A stretch of DNA of 47,180 nucleotides from Phycisphaerales bacterium (lineage in GTDB: Bacteria; Planctomycetota; Phycisphaerae; Phycisphaerales; SM1A02). The stretch covers positions 1 through 47,180 of the forward strand of contig JABABZ010000002.1 of assembly GCA_014237965.1 (NCBI GenBank), written 5' to 3'. Below the pieces are notes generated by a model. That model did not search any database. It saw only the letters and a program-made list of their open reading frames with translations, and had not been told where the DNA came from. The position numbers and the translations under genes were made by a program. Positions within the stretch are counted from its first letter, which is position 1; every line of letters starts with the position of its first letter. Below, in pieces: positions 36,421 through 46,400 of the stretch.

Positions 36421-36603
36421 TGGTCCGACCCGGGAATCAGGGGTGAATCGATCTCGCCATCCACCAGAAGTTCTCAGGAGGGTGGACACGAGAATCAGTG
36501 GGGGGGCCGACTATACTCGGGGGGTTCGAATTCACTCGGTTGCGAGGCTTTTCAACGGGTCCCCCCCGATACCCTCCACCGCGGTACACGACACGGAAAA
36601 ACG

Positions 36604-37665
36604 ATGACCGACCCAAAGTTGCATCAGAATGATCCGGCCGCCTCGGCCTCCGAAGTTCAAAACGTGTTCAACAGGATTCGCGGCGAGGTCCAGAAGGTGA
36701 TCGTCGGTCAGGAGGATGTGGTCGAAGAGGTTTTGATCGCCATTTTCTGTGGCGGCCATGCGATCATCGAAGGTGTGCCCGGCCTGGCCAAGACCCTGCT
36801 TGTCCACACCCTTTCCAGCACCCTGAATCTCCAGTTCTCTCGAATTCAATTCACACCCGACCTGATGCCCTCGGACATGACCGGCACCGAGGTGATCGAG
36901 GAGGACAAGGCGACCGGACAGCGGAACCTGAGGTTCGTGCCGGGACCGATCTTCGCCAACATCATTCTTGCCGACGAAATCAACCGCACCCCACCAAAGA
37001 CCCAGGGAGCGCTTCTCGAAGCGATGCAGGAACGACAGGTCACCGCCGGCGGGGAATCACACACGCTTCCCAGCCCGTTCTTCGTTCTCGCCACCCAGAA
37101 CCCCATCGAACAAGAAGGCACCTATCCGCTTCCCGAAGCACAGCTTGATCGCTTCATGTTCAACATCAGGGTCGGCTATCCCACGGAAGAGGACGAACTG
37201 GCGATCGTTCAACGAACCACCACGGATGAATCGGCTACCGCCGACCAGATCCTCACCGGTGAAGACTGTCTTCGTATTCAAAACCTCGTTCGTCAGGTTC
37301 CGGTCGCACCCCATGTGGCGAGATACGCCCTTCGGATCGTGCGCTCGACACGAATCCGCGAATCCATCGAAGACAAACCCGAAATCGTTCGCGACTACCT
37401 CTCCTGGGGCGCCGGTCCCCGCGCCAGCCAGTTCCTGGTGCTTGCGGCGAAGGCCAAGGCGTTGATAAGCGGTACGTCACACGTCACCCCGGAACACATC
37501 CGCTCGGTCGCACTTCCGATTCTCCGCCACCGGTTGATCACCAACTTCAATGCGGAAGCCGACAACATCAGCACCGACGACATCGTCACACGGCTCCTGG
37601 AGATCACCCCGGTCGACGAATCCGACACGGAGACGAGGAGCACTCTGGATTCCGTGACCCGTTGA
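36604..37665 (+). CDS. MoxR-family AAA+ ATPase
   Basis: Only the part of ORF 36115..37665 from ATG 36604 is credible, because the upstream part overlaps mutM. Motifs VIVGQEDVVEEVLIAIFCGGHAIIEGVPGLAKT (Walker A variant), ILADEINR (Walker B) and ATQNPIEQEGTYPLPEAQLDRF are typical of MoxR/AAA_3. Confidence 0.9.
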   Translation: MTDPKLHQNDPAASASEVQNVFNRIRGEVQKVIVGQEDVVEEVLIAIFCGGHAIIEGVPGLAKTLLVHTLSSTLNLQFSRIQFTPDLMPSDMTGTEVIEEDKATGQRNLRFVPGPIFANIILADEINRTPPKTQGALLEAMQERQVTAGGESHTLPSPFFVLATQNPIEQEGTYPLPEAQLDRFMFNIRVGYPTEEDELAIVQRTTTDESATADQILTGEDCLRIQNLVRQVPVAPHVARYALRIVRSTRIRESIEDKPEIVRDYLSWGAGPRASQFLVLAAKAKALISGTSHVTPEHIRSVALPILRHRLITNFNAEADNISTDDIVTRLLEITPVDESDTETRSTLDSVTR

Positions 37666-37744
37666 TCAATCGGCCCGGTCTTTGAAACCGGAATCATCCG
37701 CGACGTAGATTTAGATCCACCCCGACTTCGACACGGAGAACCTG

Positions 37745-38731
37745 TTGACCGATTCGACTCCCGAATCCGCCGGTATGCGTGCCGAACAGTACCTGGCCCC
37801 TGAAACGATCGGGCAGCTGACGTCCTTCGAATTCCGGGCGAGGATGATCGCCGAAGGCGTGATGAGTGGAATGCACCGATCCCCGTATCAGGGACTGGCG
37901 GTCGAATTCGCGGAACATCGGCAGTATGTCGCCGGTGACGACCTCAAGCACCTCGACTGGAAGGTGTTCGGTCGCAGTGACAAGCTCTACCTGAAGCAGT
38001 ACCAGCAAGAGACCAACCTTGATGTGGTCATCCTCGTCGACGCGTCGGCGTCGATGCGTTTTGGAACCCTCAAGGTGAAACAGGGGTGGGGTGGAACCGA
38101 CGCATCTTCACAGATCGGCACCTGGACCAAATTCGACCATGCGACGGCGGTCGGCGCCGCGTTGTGCTACCTGGCGCTCCAACAGCGGGACCGTGTGGGC
38201 CTGGCCATGTTCGCGGACGGAATCACGGCCCAGGTGAAGAGATCCAATGCGAAGACGACCTGGCGGAACGTCGTACGAACCCTGGCGACCGAGACCGTCG
38301 ACGACACGACGGATTTCGCGAAAGTCGTCGAACAATCACTGGCGACCATTTCCAATCGATCATTGTTCGTCGTGGTCAGTGACTTCCTCGTGCCCACCGA
38401 CACCGTCCGAGCGGGCCTCGCCCGACTTCGACATCGTCGACATGATGTGATGTTGATGCAGGTTCTTGATCGGCAGGAGCTTCGGTTCGATCTCGACGAC
38501 CCCTCACCATTCGAAGGTCTCGAAGGTGAAGGGCGTGTCAACATCGACCCTCGAGTCATTCGGGAGGACTATCTCGCGGCACTCACGAATCATTGTGAGA
38601 AACTCGAGAAGACCGCTCGAAGTCTTGGATTCGATTACCTCCGACTCGACTCACATGGTTCGGTTGGTCCAGCACTCGCAGCCTTGCTGGGTCGTCGAGC
38701 ACTTCTGGCTCGCGGAGGGCGGGCGGGATGA
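37745..38731 (+). CDS. DUF58 protein (VWA-like, MoxR partner)
   Basis: DUF58 signature GMHRSPYQGLAVEFAEHRQYVAGDDLKHLDWKVFGRSDKLYLKQYQQE. MIDAS-like VILVDASASM (DxSxS). TTG 37745 has GGAG 6 nt upstream; alternative ATG at 37775. Confidence 0.85.
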   Translation: MTDSTPESAGMRAEQYLAPETIGQLTSFEFRARMIAEGVMSGMHRSPYQGLAVEFAEHRQYVAGDDLKHLDWKVFGRSDKLYLKQYQQETNLDVVILVDASASMRFGTLKVKQGWGGTDASSQIGTWTKFDHATAVGAALCYLALQQRDRVGLAMFADGITAQVKRSNAKTTWRNVVRTLATETVDDTTDFAKVVEQSLATISNRSLFVVVSDFLVPTDTVRAGLARLRHRRHDVMLMQVLDRQELRFDLDDPSPFEGLEGEGRVNIDPRVIREDYLAALTNHCEKLEKTARSLGFDYLRLDSHGSVGPALAALLGRRALLARGGRAG

Positions 38732-40896
38732 CTTTTGTGACCACATCACTCGCGATCGCCGGAGTGATCGCCGCTGCGATTCCCATCCTTGTTCACATCC
38801 TGCTTCGCCGCCGCCGAAAACCCATGCAGTGGGCTGCGATGTCGCTTCTGATCGAAGCCGCCCGCCGACATCGACGAAAAGCCAGGCTTGAACAGATCAT
38901 CCTGCTGACGGTCCGAGCGATCATGGTCATCCTGCTCGGGGCGGCGCTCGCCCAACCCCTTCTTGGTGAACGGGTCGGAGTGACGGGCGAGAGAACGACC
39001 CACCTCATTCTCGATGATGGAATCGTCAGTGGAATCGTGGAGACCGACGGAAGAACATCCCTGGAACGACAGGTCGCCGAGGCGTCTGAATTCATCGAGT
39101 CCCTTCCGGGTGACGAACGGGTGTCGGTCATTCTCGCGGGGGCACCGGTTCGATTCCTGATCGAATCACCGACCGCGGACCATCGATCCGCCATCCGTGC
39201 GATTGAAAACCTCCAGAGCCGCGAGGGCGCCACGGACATCGCCACCGCATTGGAGTTCGCGGAATCCGGGCTTGATCGGGAAGGAGCCCAGGGGGTTCGA
39301 ATCTTCAGCGACTTCCGGCGTGGAAGCATCGACGATCGACGACGCCCGCCGGTTCTGCATGGACCGATGGGGTCTGCAGTCGATCTCACCGCTTCGATGC
39401 CGATCGGTGATCCGACGAGCAATATCCAGGTCGCATCCATCAAGACCGCTCGAAGCCCCTTGTCCACGCTCGGCACCGGCGATCTGCTGCTTGTCGAGGT
39501 CCGGCTTCGTCGAACCGGACTCACCCCGGAAACGGTCTCCAACATTCGTCTCGAAGGAGACGCGATGTCAGGGGTGGAGAATCGAAGAGTCGAATGGTCA
39601 CCAGGCCGGACGGAAGCCCGGGTGGATTTCCAGGTTCGAGTCGACACTGATGGTGGTGTGTTGGAAGTCGCCATCGATCCCGACACGCTTCCACTTGATG
39701 ACCGACGCCGCGTCACCGTGGAAGGTCGGGAACCGACACGAGTTCTTCTGGTCGATCGTGATGAACTGGCCGGATCGACCCGTCTGGATCGACTGCATGG
39801 CACCGACTGGTTCGAACGTGCCCTGCTTCCGCTTCCGGATGCCGCCATCGCCGAAGCGATCACCATCGATCGCGTCGATCCCGCGACCATCAACGACCGT
39901 GATCTCGAAGGAACTTCGATGGTCGTGATCGGCCGGCCGGATCTCCTCCCGCCTGGATTCGACCTCACACTTGCGAGTTGGATCCGTCGTGGGGGCATCG
40001 CGGTGGTGCTCCCACCAGGAGAGACCACCACGCGAGCCTGGGCGTCACCCCTGCTGGAAGCACTCGATGTTCCATGGGCGGTCTCGCTCGAACCGACCAT
40101 CGTCGATCCTCCCCGGTCGCTTTCGGCCGCACAACCGAGTTCCGCACTCACCACGCTCCTGGACGCCGAACTCGTCGAACTCGCTCCAAGCGTTCGCATC
40201 GATCGAAGGCTGCCTGTCGATGACGTTCCTGATGGTGATGTGGTGTTGCGTGACGAACAAGGAGACCCGGTCGTGCTCGACGCGCCGATCGGTGCGGGAC
40301 GGCTTGTCTTCTTCGCGGTCAACCCGGAACTGGAATGGACGGACCTCCCCGTTCGCCCGCTCATGGTTCCTCTGGTGCAGGAAATCGTCCGACAGGGTTC
40401 CGCCTTGTCGAAACAAGAAGTGGACGGGGTGGTCGGGCTTCGGCCACCACTGATCCGACGGTCGAATGTCGCCACCGTGGCGCTGCCTGGTTCCGGTTCG
40501 CAACCGGTCACCGGCGAAGAACTCCCGGTGCCGGAACGAACCGGCATCGTGGAGGGATACGACCTCGGAGGAAACCTCGTCGAGAGAATGGTGGTGAATC
40601 CCGACGCTGGTGGTGGATTCGTGGATCTGCTCGCGCCCGACGCGGTCGCCGCATGGCTTGAGTCTTCAGGGTCATGGAGATTCACCGGACCGGACACCCG
40701 TGAGCTCGAACAGGTCGACGACGAAAGCAGTCTGGCGGTGATGCTCATCGTCATCGTGCTCGCTCTGGCGATTCTGGAGACACTGCTCGCCCGCTGGTTC
40801 ACTCGTGGTGGTCTTCAGACCAACCGATCGATCGGTCTGACCGGCGCGAACGCCGACGCCGAACTCGATCGATCCCGAAGGGGAGCCGCCACATGA
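38728..40896 (+). CDS. BatA_N (aerotolerance-regulator N-terminal double-TM) domain membrane protein
   Basis: ATGA overlap with the DUF58 stop. N-terminus MTFVTTSLAIAGVIAAAIPILVHILLRRRRKPMQWAAMSLL matches the BatA N-terminal double-TM motif. C-terminal TM LAVMLIVIVLALAILETLLARWF. I cannot assign a family to the middle part. Confidence 0.75.
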   Translation: MTFVTTSLAIAGVIAAAIPILVHILLRRRRKPMQWAAMSLLIEAARRHRRKARLEQIILLTVRAIMVILLGAALAQPLLGERVGVTGERTTHLILDDGIVSGIVETDGRTSLERQVAEASEFIESLPGDERVSVILAGAPVRFLIESPTADHRSAIRAIENLQSREGATDIATALEFAESGLDREGAQGVRIFSDFRRGSIDDRRRPPVLHGPMGSAVDLTASMPIGDPTSNIQVASIKTARSPLSTLGTGDLLLVEVRLRRTGLTPETVSNIRLEGDAMSGVENRRVEWSPGRTEARVDFQVRVDTDGGVLEVAIDPDTLPLDDRRRVTVEGREPTRVLLVDRDELAGSTRLDRLHGTDWFERALLPLPDAAIAEAITIDRVDPATINDRDLEGTSMVVIGRPDLLPPGFDLTLASWIRRGGIAVVLPPGETTTRAWASPLLEALDVPWAVSLEPTIVDPPRSLSAAQPSSALTTLLDAELVELAPSVRIDRRLPVDDVPDGDVVLRDEQGDPVVLDAPIGAGRLVFFAVNPELEWTDLPVRPLMVPLVQEIVRQGSALSKQEVDGVVGLRPPLIRRSNVATVALPGSGSQPVTGEELPVPERTGIVEGYDLGGNLVERMVVNPDAGGGFVDLLAPDAVAAWLESSGSWRFTGPDTRELEQVDDESSLAVMLIVIVLALAILETLLARWFTRGGLQTNRSIGLTGANADAELDRSRRGAAT

Positions 40897-43292
40897 ACAC
40901 CGCATTTGGAAGATGGCTTCTCGGGCTGCGCGACCTTCCGGTGGACGCGGGCCAGCTTCAAATCGCATGGGAAAGACCGATCCCCGGTTGGATGTGGTTC
41001 CTGGGGATCGCGACCTGTGTCGCGATCGCGGTCTGGTCCTACAGCCGACTCGATGCGGGTCGGCGAGCACGAGGAATTCTGGCGACGGCGCGAGCCGGCT
41101 TGCTGGCCCTGCTTCTGGTCGCGGTCGCCGGGCCGATGATCGAACTTCCAAGGGAACTCATCGAACCGGACTGGGTCGCGGTGCTCGTGGATCGAAGTCG
41201 AAGCATGCAGGTCCGGGATGGCCTCGATGACGCTTCAGGGCGCCGGAGTCGCGAGCAGGATCTCCAACGAATTCTCGAGGAGGCCGGCCCGGCATGGCGA
41301 AACCCCGGCGAAACCCGTGAAGTCGTCTGGCTCGGTTTCAGCGAAGGGGTCTTCGATCTTGAAACAGTGGGCGATGAGAACGGTGATACCGAAGCATCCA
41401 CCTTGGAGACGACGACACCACCGCTTTCGGCGGGTTCCGCTCCGATCATCGTTGGTGGTGAGGCTGATGGTTGGCGGACGAGGATCGCGCCCGCACTCGA
41501 GGAAGTGCTTCGCCGGACCGCAGGTCGACCACTCGCCGGCGTGGTGTTGATTTCAGATGGCCGAACCGATTCGCCGCCCGATCGAGACCTGATTCGCCGG
41601 ATGATCGGCGCTGCGGCGGGGGTCCACACGATTCCGCTGGGCGCGGAGATCCCGGTGGGTGATGCGGGGATCAACAAGGTCGACGCGCCTCGGCGCGCGT
41701 TTTCAAAGGATGCGGTTCCGGTCGCGGTGCGACTTGAAAACCGAGGCCGGAGCGGCATGGTCAAGGTGACGCTCGTCGATGATCGTGATGGATCGATCCT
41801 GGATTCGACCGAGATCGAACTCGACCCTGATCAACCGACCATGGACACGGTGTTGACGGCCGCACCTTCAAGGTCGGAAGAGGACACCGGAACCCGCCGG
41901 TGGTCCGTTCGGATCGAGGGTGAGGATGACCTCGTTCCCGAGAACAACACCGTCACGCTCGACATCGAATTCGTCGATCGGCCGCTCCGCGTGTTGTATG
42001 TCGAGGGGTATCCCCGTTGGGAGTACCGGTATCTCAAGAACCTCCTGGTTCGAGAACCATCGATCGAGAGCTCGGTGATGCTGCTCTCCGCCGATCGCGA
42101 TTTCGCTCAGGAAGGAAACACACCGTTGGCGAGGCTGCCGCGGACCGCCGAAGAATTCGCGGCGTTCGACCTGATCATCCTCGGGGACATTCCTTCGGGA
42201 TTCCTCACTGATTCAAGACAGAGACTCATCCAGGAGCAGGTGGCTCGCCGGGGCGGCGGCCTGGTGATGATCGCAGGCCCGCGATCGATGCCGTCGAGTT
42301 GGAGTGGGACACCACTCGCAGACCTTCTTCCCTTCACCGGCAACCTCGAACTCGACCGGCGCGATGGCCCCGTGCTCACCCGACCCACCGATGTCGCGAC
42401 ACGACTTGGAGTTCTCCGGCTCGTGCTCGGAGAGGACTACGGCTGGCCCGAAGCGCTGAGCGACGCCAGTTACGGATGGTCCCAGTTGCAGTGGGTTCAA
42501 CGCATCGATCCCGAACGACTGAAGCCGACCGCGGAGATCCTCGCGGAAGTGCTGCCCGCCGACGGTGACCCGGCCGACGTGACTCCGTTGGTTCTGGGGA
42601 TGAGGTATGGCGCCGGACAGGTGCTCTATGTCGCCACCGATGAAATCTGGCGATGGCGATACGGCCGAGGCGAGCTTCTTCCAGAACAGTTCTGGGTGCA
42701 GTTGCTCCGGCTTCTCGGTCGTGAAGCCGTTCAGGGTGATCAACCGGTCCGTCTCGTCGTCGAACCACGACAAGCGGTGATCGGCAGGCCGGTTCGGATC
42801 ACGGTTGATCTGCTCGACGCGATCTCAGGCCTGCTTCCTCCGGACTCGGTGGCGGTCGAAGCGTTTGATGGTGATGGGGTTCTGGTCGGGACTGTCGAAC
42901 TCCCGGCAAGCGGCGAGGCATCCTGGGCGGGAACCTGGATTCCTCCGGAGGTCGGATCGGTTGAATTCAGAATCGCCCAGCCGGGCTTGTCGGCGCTCGC
43001 GGGTGGGATCATCACGACCATCGAGGTGGCTCGGCCCGACGATGAACTTCGTGACGCCGATGCTGATCATGATTTTCTGGCCACGCTCTCGAAAGAGACC
43101 GGCGGCTTCGTGTATCTGCCTGACGAGACTCCGGGGCTCCTTGACCGAGTCCACGAGAAACTTCCGAATCGGGCGATCGTCACCGAACAACCGCTCCGTG
43201 AGCGGATCTGGACCTCTCCTCTCTTCTTCACCCTCTTCCTGCTTCTGGCGACCCTCGAGTGGGTCGGCCGGCGGCTGACCCGGCTCGATTGA
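40893..43292 (+). CDS. Membrane-anchored VWA-domain protein (Bat-cluster member)
   Basis: ATGA overlap with the upstream stop. Two N-terminal TMs, a MIDAS motif in VAVLVDRSRSM (DxSxS), and a conserved-looking block VLYVEGYPRWEYRYLKNLL...FDLIILGDI. C-terminal TM LFFTLFLLLATLEWVG. Confidence 0.7.
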   Translation: MNTAFGRWLLGLRDLPVDAGQLQIAWERPIPGWMWFLGIATCVAIAVWSYSRLDAGRRARGILATARAGLLALLLVAVAGPMIELPRELIEPDWVAVLVDRSRSMQVRDGLDDASGRRSREQDLQRILEEAGPAWRNPGETREVVWLGFSEGVFDLETVGDENGDTEASTLETTTPPLSAGSAPIIVGGEADGWRTRIAPALEEVLRRTAGRPLAGVVLISDGRTDSPPDRDLIRRMIGAAAGVHTIPLGAEIPVGDAGINKVDAPRRAFSKDAVPVAVRLENRGRSGMVKVTLVDDRDGSILDSTEIELDPDQPTMDTVLTAAPSRSEEDTGTRRWSVRIEGEDDLVPENNTVTLDIEFVDRPLRVLYVEGYPRWEYRYLKNLLVREPSIESSVMLLSADRDFAQEGNTPLARLPRTAEEFAAFDLIILGDIPSGFLTDSRQRLIQEQVARRGGGLVMIAGPRSMPSSWSGTPLADLLPFTGNLELDRRDGPVLTRPTDVATRLGVLRLVLGEDYGWPEALSDASYGWSQLQWVQRIDPERLKPTAEILAEVLPADGDPADVTPLVLGMRYGAGQVLYVATDEIWRWRYGRGELLPEQFWVQLLRLLGREAVQGDQPVRLVVEPRQAVIGRPVRITVDLLDAISGLLPPDSVAVEAFDGDGVLVGTVELPASGEASWAGTWIPPEVGSVEFRIAQPGLSALAGGIITTIEVARPDDELRDADADHDFLATLSKETGGFVYLPDETPGLLDRVHEKLPNRAIVTEQPLRERIWTSPLFFTLFLLLATLEWVGRRLTRLD

Positions 43293-43433
43293 TCGAGAAT
43301 CATCACGGATTCGAGCTTGAATCCGCGAATCCGGTCGAAACTATCGAAGATCCTCTGTTTTCCAAGTACCCAGCATCCATTTGAAGCGAATCTTCCACAG
43401 GTGAATGACACCTTGTCGGAGCACACCACCACG

Positions 43434-46400
43434 ATGTCCGCGATCGACGAACTCATCCCAAGACTCCATCGGGTCAGACGAGCCTTGCAACGGGCCGTGC
43501 TCGAGCGACGGATCGCCTCCGTGGTCTCCGTCGCGATCCTGTGTGTCATGGTGATGGCGATCGCCGATCGAGCACTTCGATTCCCCACGGGACTTCGATG
43601 GACGACGCTTGTTCTGGGTCTGGCGTGGTTGGTTTGGTCGATTCGAACCCATGTCTGGTCAGCGATTCGATTCCGTCCGACTCTGGTCGATGTCGCGCTT
43701 CGAATCGAAGCGTCGGCACCACCCCTCACCGGACGGCTTGCAAGTGGTGTCGAGTTCGCGACGACTGACGTCGGAAACAGAAATCCGCTGGCCGCTCGAT
43801 CACTCCGTGATCTTCAGCATCGAGTCTCAACCGTGAGAATGGAGGAGATCGTCGATGCTCGTCGGGCTCACCAGTTGCTGGTGATCGCGATCTTCGCCTG
43901 TGTCGTGGTGACGACGCTCGTGATCTGGCGACCGGTCGACGCGTCGATCGCGTCCCGGCGAATCCTCACGCCCTGGACCGATGCGCGGTGGCCGGCCCGT
44001 ACGGAGGTGGCGGGTCTTCTCGATGTCGATCTCGTCCACGCTCGCGGTGAACCACTGGCGATGGCCGCCGAACTCGTTCGAGGCGATCTGGAGAGTGATC
44101 GGGTCTTTCTGAAACTTCGGAACATCCGCGATGGCGTCGTCGGGGACTGGCAACGCCTGGTGCTCACGCGACAGCAAGGACGACGCTTCGAACGGGTGAT
44201 CGACACCGATGCCGACGAGATCGAATATGCATTCGCGACCGACGAGGTCGAGACGGAAACATCGAAGATCCGGTTGTTTCCGGCGCCGGCGATCAGTGCC
44301 GCGATGGCGACGGTGACCCCACCCGCATACGCATCGAGTCGGGGTGAGATCCGCGCCGAACTCGGCCCCGGAACCGATCGCCGATCTCGACTCACCGAAC
44401 CGGTCCTTGAAGGTTCCGGACTTCGGCTCGACGTCACCCTGACGCGACCGGTTCCCGTCGATCGAACCGAAGATGGCGATGTCTCTCGAGAGTTCATCGA
44501 ACAGACCATCGCCGCGCCGGACGAGGCGATCGTCGATCTGAAGATCGATCCCGCCGACCCCACGCTCTGGAGGGTGTCGGTATCGATGGATCGTGGGGGT
44601 GACATCGGCCTGTCGCTTCTTGACCAATACGGCCTGCAGAACATCGATCCGATCCGGTATCGCGTGGACACGATTCCCGATCGCGCACCAACCACGACCA
44701 TCAGTCGCCCGGTCACGGATCAGACCGTCTCGGCGGACGCGGTGGTGGAAGTTCAGGCCGAAGCACGAGACGACGTTCGCCTCAAGTCCTTCGATATCGA
44801 AGCGACTCTGGTTCGGGGAGGGGTCGACTCACAAGTGGAATCGATCGCGGAACTGTCCACGGAGGCGGGTGAAGATCCCATCGCGGACGCGACATTGCGA
44901 GTCGAATTCGGTGTGGCGGATCTCGATCCGGAGATCGGCGACGAGATTCTTCTCGTCGCGATCGCGTCCGATGAGTATCAGGCGGACGATCTGCCAAGAG
45001 ATTCGGTCCGGAGTACGGCCCGAAGGCTTCGTGTGGTTTCCAGCATCGAGCTCGCGGAGCAGCTCCAGTCGGCCCTTTCGTCGATTCGGCGATCAGCCAT
45101 TCGCCTCGATCAGGATCAAGGCGGCATCTCCGACATGGTTCGTCGTGGCGGTTCATCCCGAAGTTCGGTGCGCGAGCAGGGACGACTCGGCGACCGGATC
45201 GCCAGTGCTCGGGATGCGTTGGAGTCGATCGAGCAACGGCGCAACCAGAATCGTCTCGAGGATGAGATGCTCGAGGACATCATCGAGCAGGCTCAGGATC
45301 TCCTTGAAGCGGCGGGTGAAGCATCGGATCAGGCGGTGGCGGCGTTGGACGAAGCGGCGCGGGCGGCGGCCGGAACCGGCGAAGGATCGACGAATTCGGA
45401 TCCGACCGGATCAGAGCCTTCCGATCGACCGGAAGATGGCGCCTCATCCGAACCGGACTCCGATTCCCCCGAGGCCGAACCAGGCGATGAACTCACCGTG
45501 TCGGAGGAAACACCGAACCAGGAGATGCCCGGTCGGAGCCGACCGGGTGAGTCGGGATCCGAGAACGATGGTGCCTCTGAATCCTCGTCGACATCCTCTG
45601 AACAATCAGCCTCTTCCGGCAACTCTGGTGAGTCCGGGGAATCAGGCGAGCCCACGGAATCAGGTGAGCCCGGGGAATCAGGCGAGCCCGGGGAATCAGG
45701 CGAGTCCGGGGAATCAGGCGAGCCCGGGGAACCTTCTGAACCTGAAGAACGGCGACCTCCGGATTCCTCGACGGAAGCCGAACGAGATGCGATCGAAGCA
45801 CAGGACGAAGTACGGGCTGAATTGGCCGACCTGGCGGAACTGCTGGATCGTGGCGAGGACGCCTGGGTGGTCTCCCGTCGGATTCAGCAGATGGCGGAGG
45901 ATCTTGCCGAGCTACAGGAACGCACCAGTGAACTCGCCGAAGAGACCATGGGCCGTGATCGTTCCGAACTGACCCCCGAGGAGCGTCGGGAACTGGATGA
46001 AATCGCGCGGGAGCAAGGGGAGTTGGCGGACGAGGCCGACGACCTGGTTGAAGAACTCGAAGAACGCGGCGCCTCGCTCGACCAGATCGACCCCGGTCAG
46101 GCGGCAGGGCTGCGGGAAGCAGCTCGAGAAGCCCGCGAGCAGGGCCTTGAAGAACAGATGCGGGAAGCCGAGAAGGGCGCTCGAGAGAATCGACTGCAAC
46201 AGGCCGGCGAAGCGCAACAACAGGCCGCCGCCGCGCTCGAACAGATGCAGGAGACGATCGAGGAATCCCGGAAGGCGCAGGTCGCGGAACTCCAGCGCCG
46301 GATCGCAAGCCTCGTCGACAGTCTTCTGGGATTGATCGAGACCAGTGAGAACGAGATCATCGCACTCGCTCGGATCGAAGGGCCGGATGATTCCGAGAAG

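Noticed and set aside
36115-36603. N-terminal 163 codons of ORF 36115..37665, which would make MoxR 516 aa
   Set aside because: This part overlaps mutM on the opposite strand and the intergenic spacer, and has no MoxR homology. The MoxR-like sequence starts at ATG 36604.
38793-40802. 669-aa ORF on the minus strand, the longest unexplained ORF in the track
   Set aside because: It is fully antisense to the BatA_N gene, whose N-terminus carries a recognisable family motif and which is start/stop-coupled to its neighbours. The antisense product is Ser/Arg/Pro/Thr-rich low complexity with no motif. Long open antisense frames are expected in GC-rich DNA.
45636-45733. Regularly spaced short repeats that might suggest a CRISPR-like array
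   Set aside because: The units are contiguous 18-mers with no spacers and are in frame within a long ORF (GESGEP). No cas genes are present.
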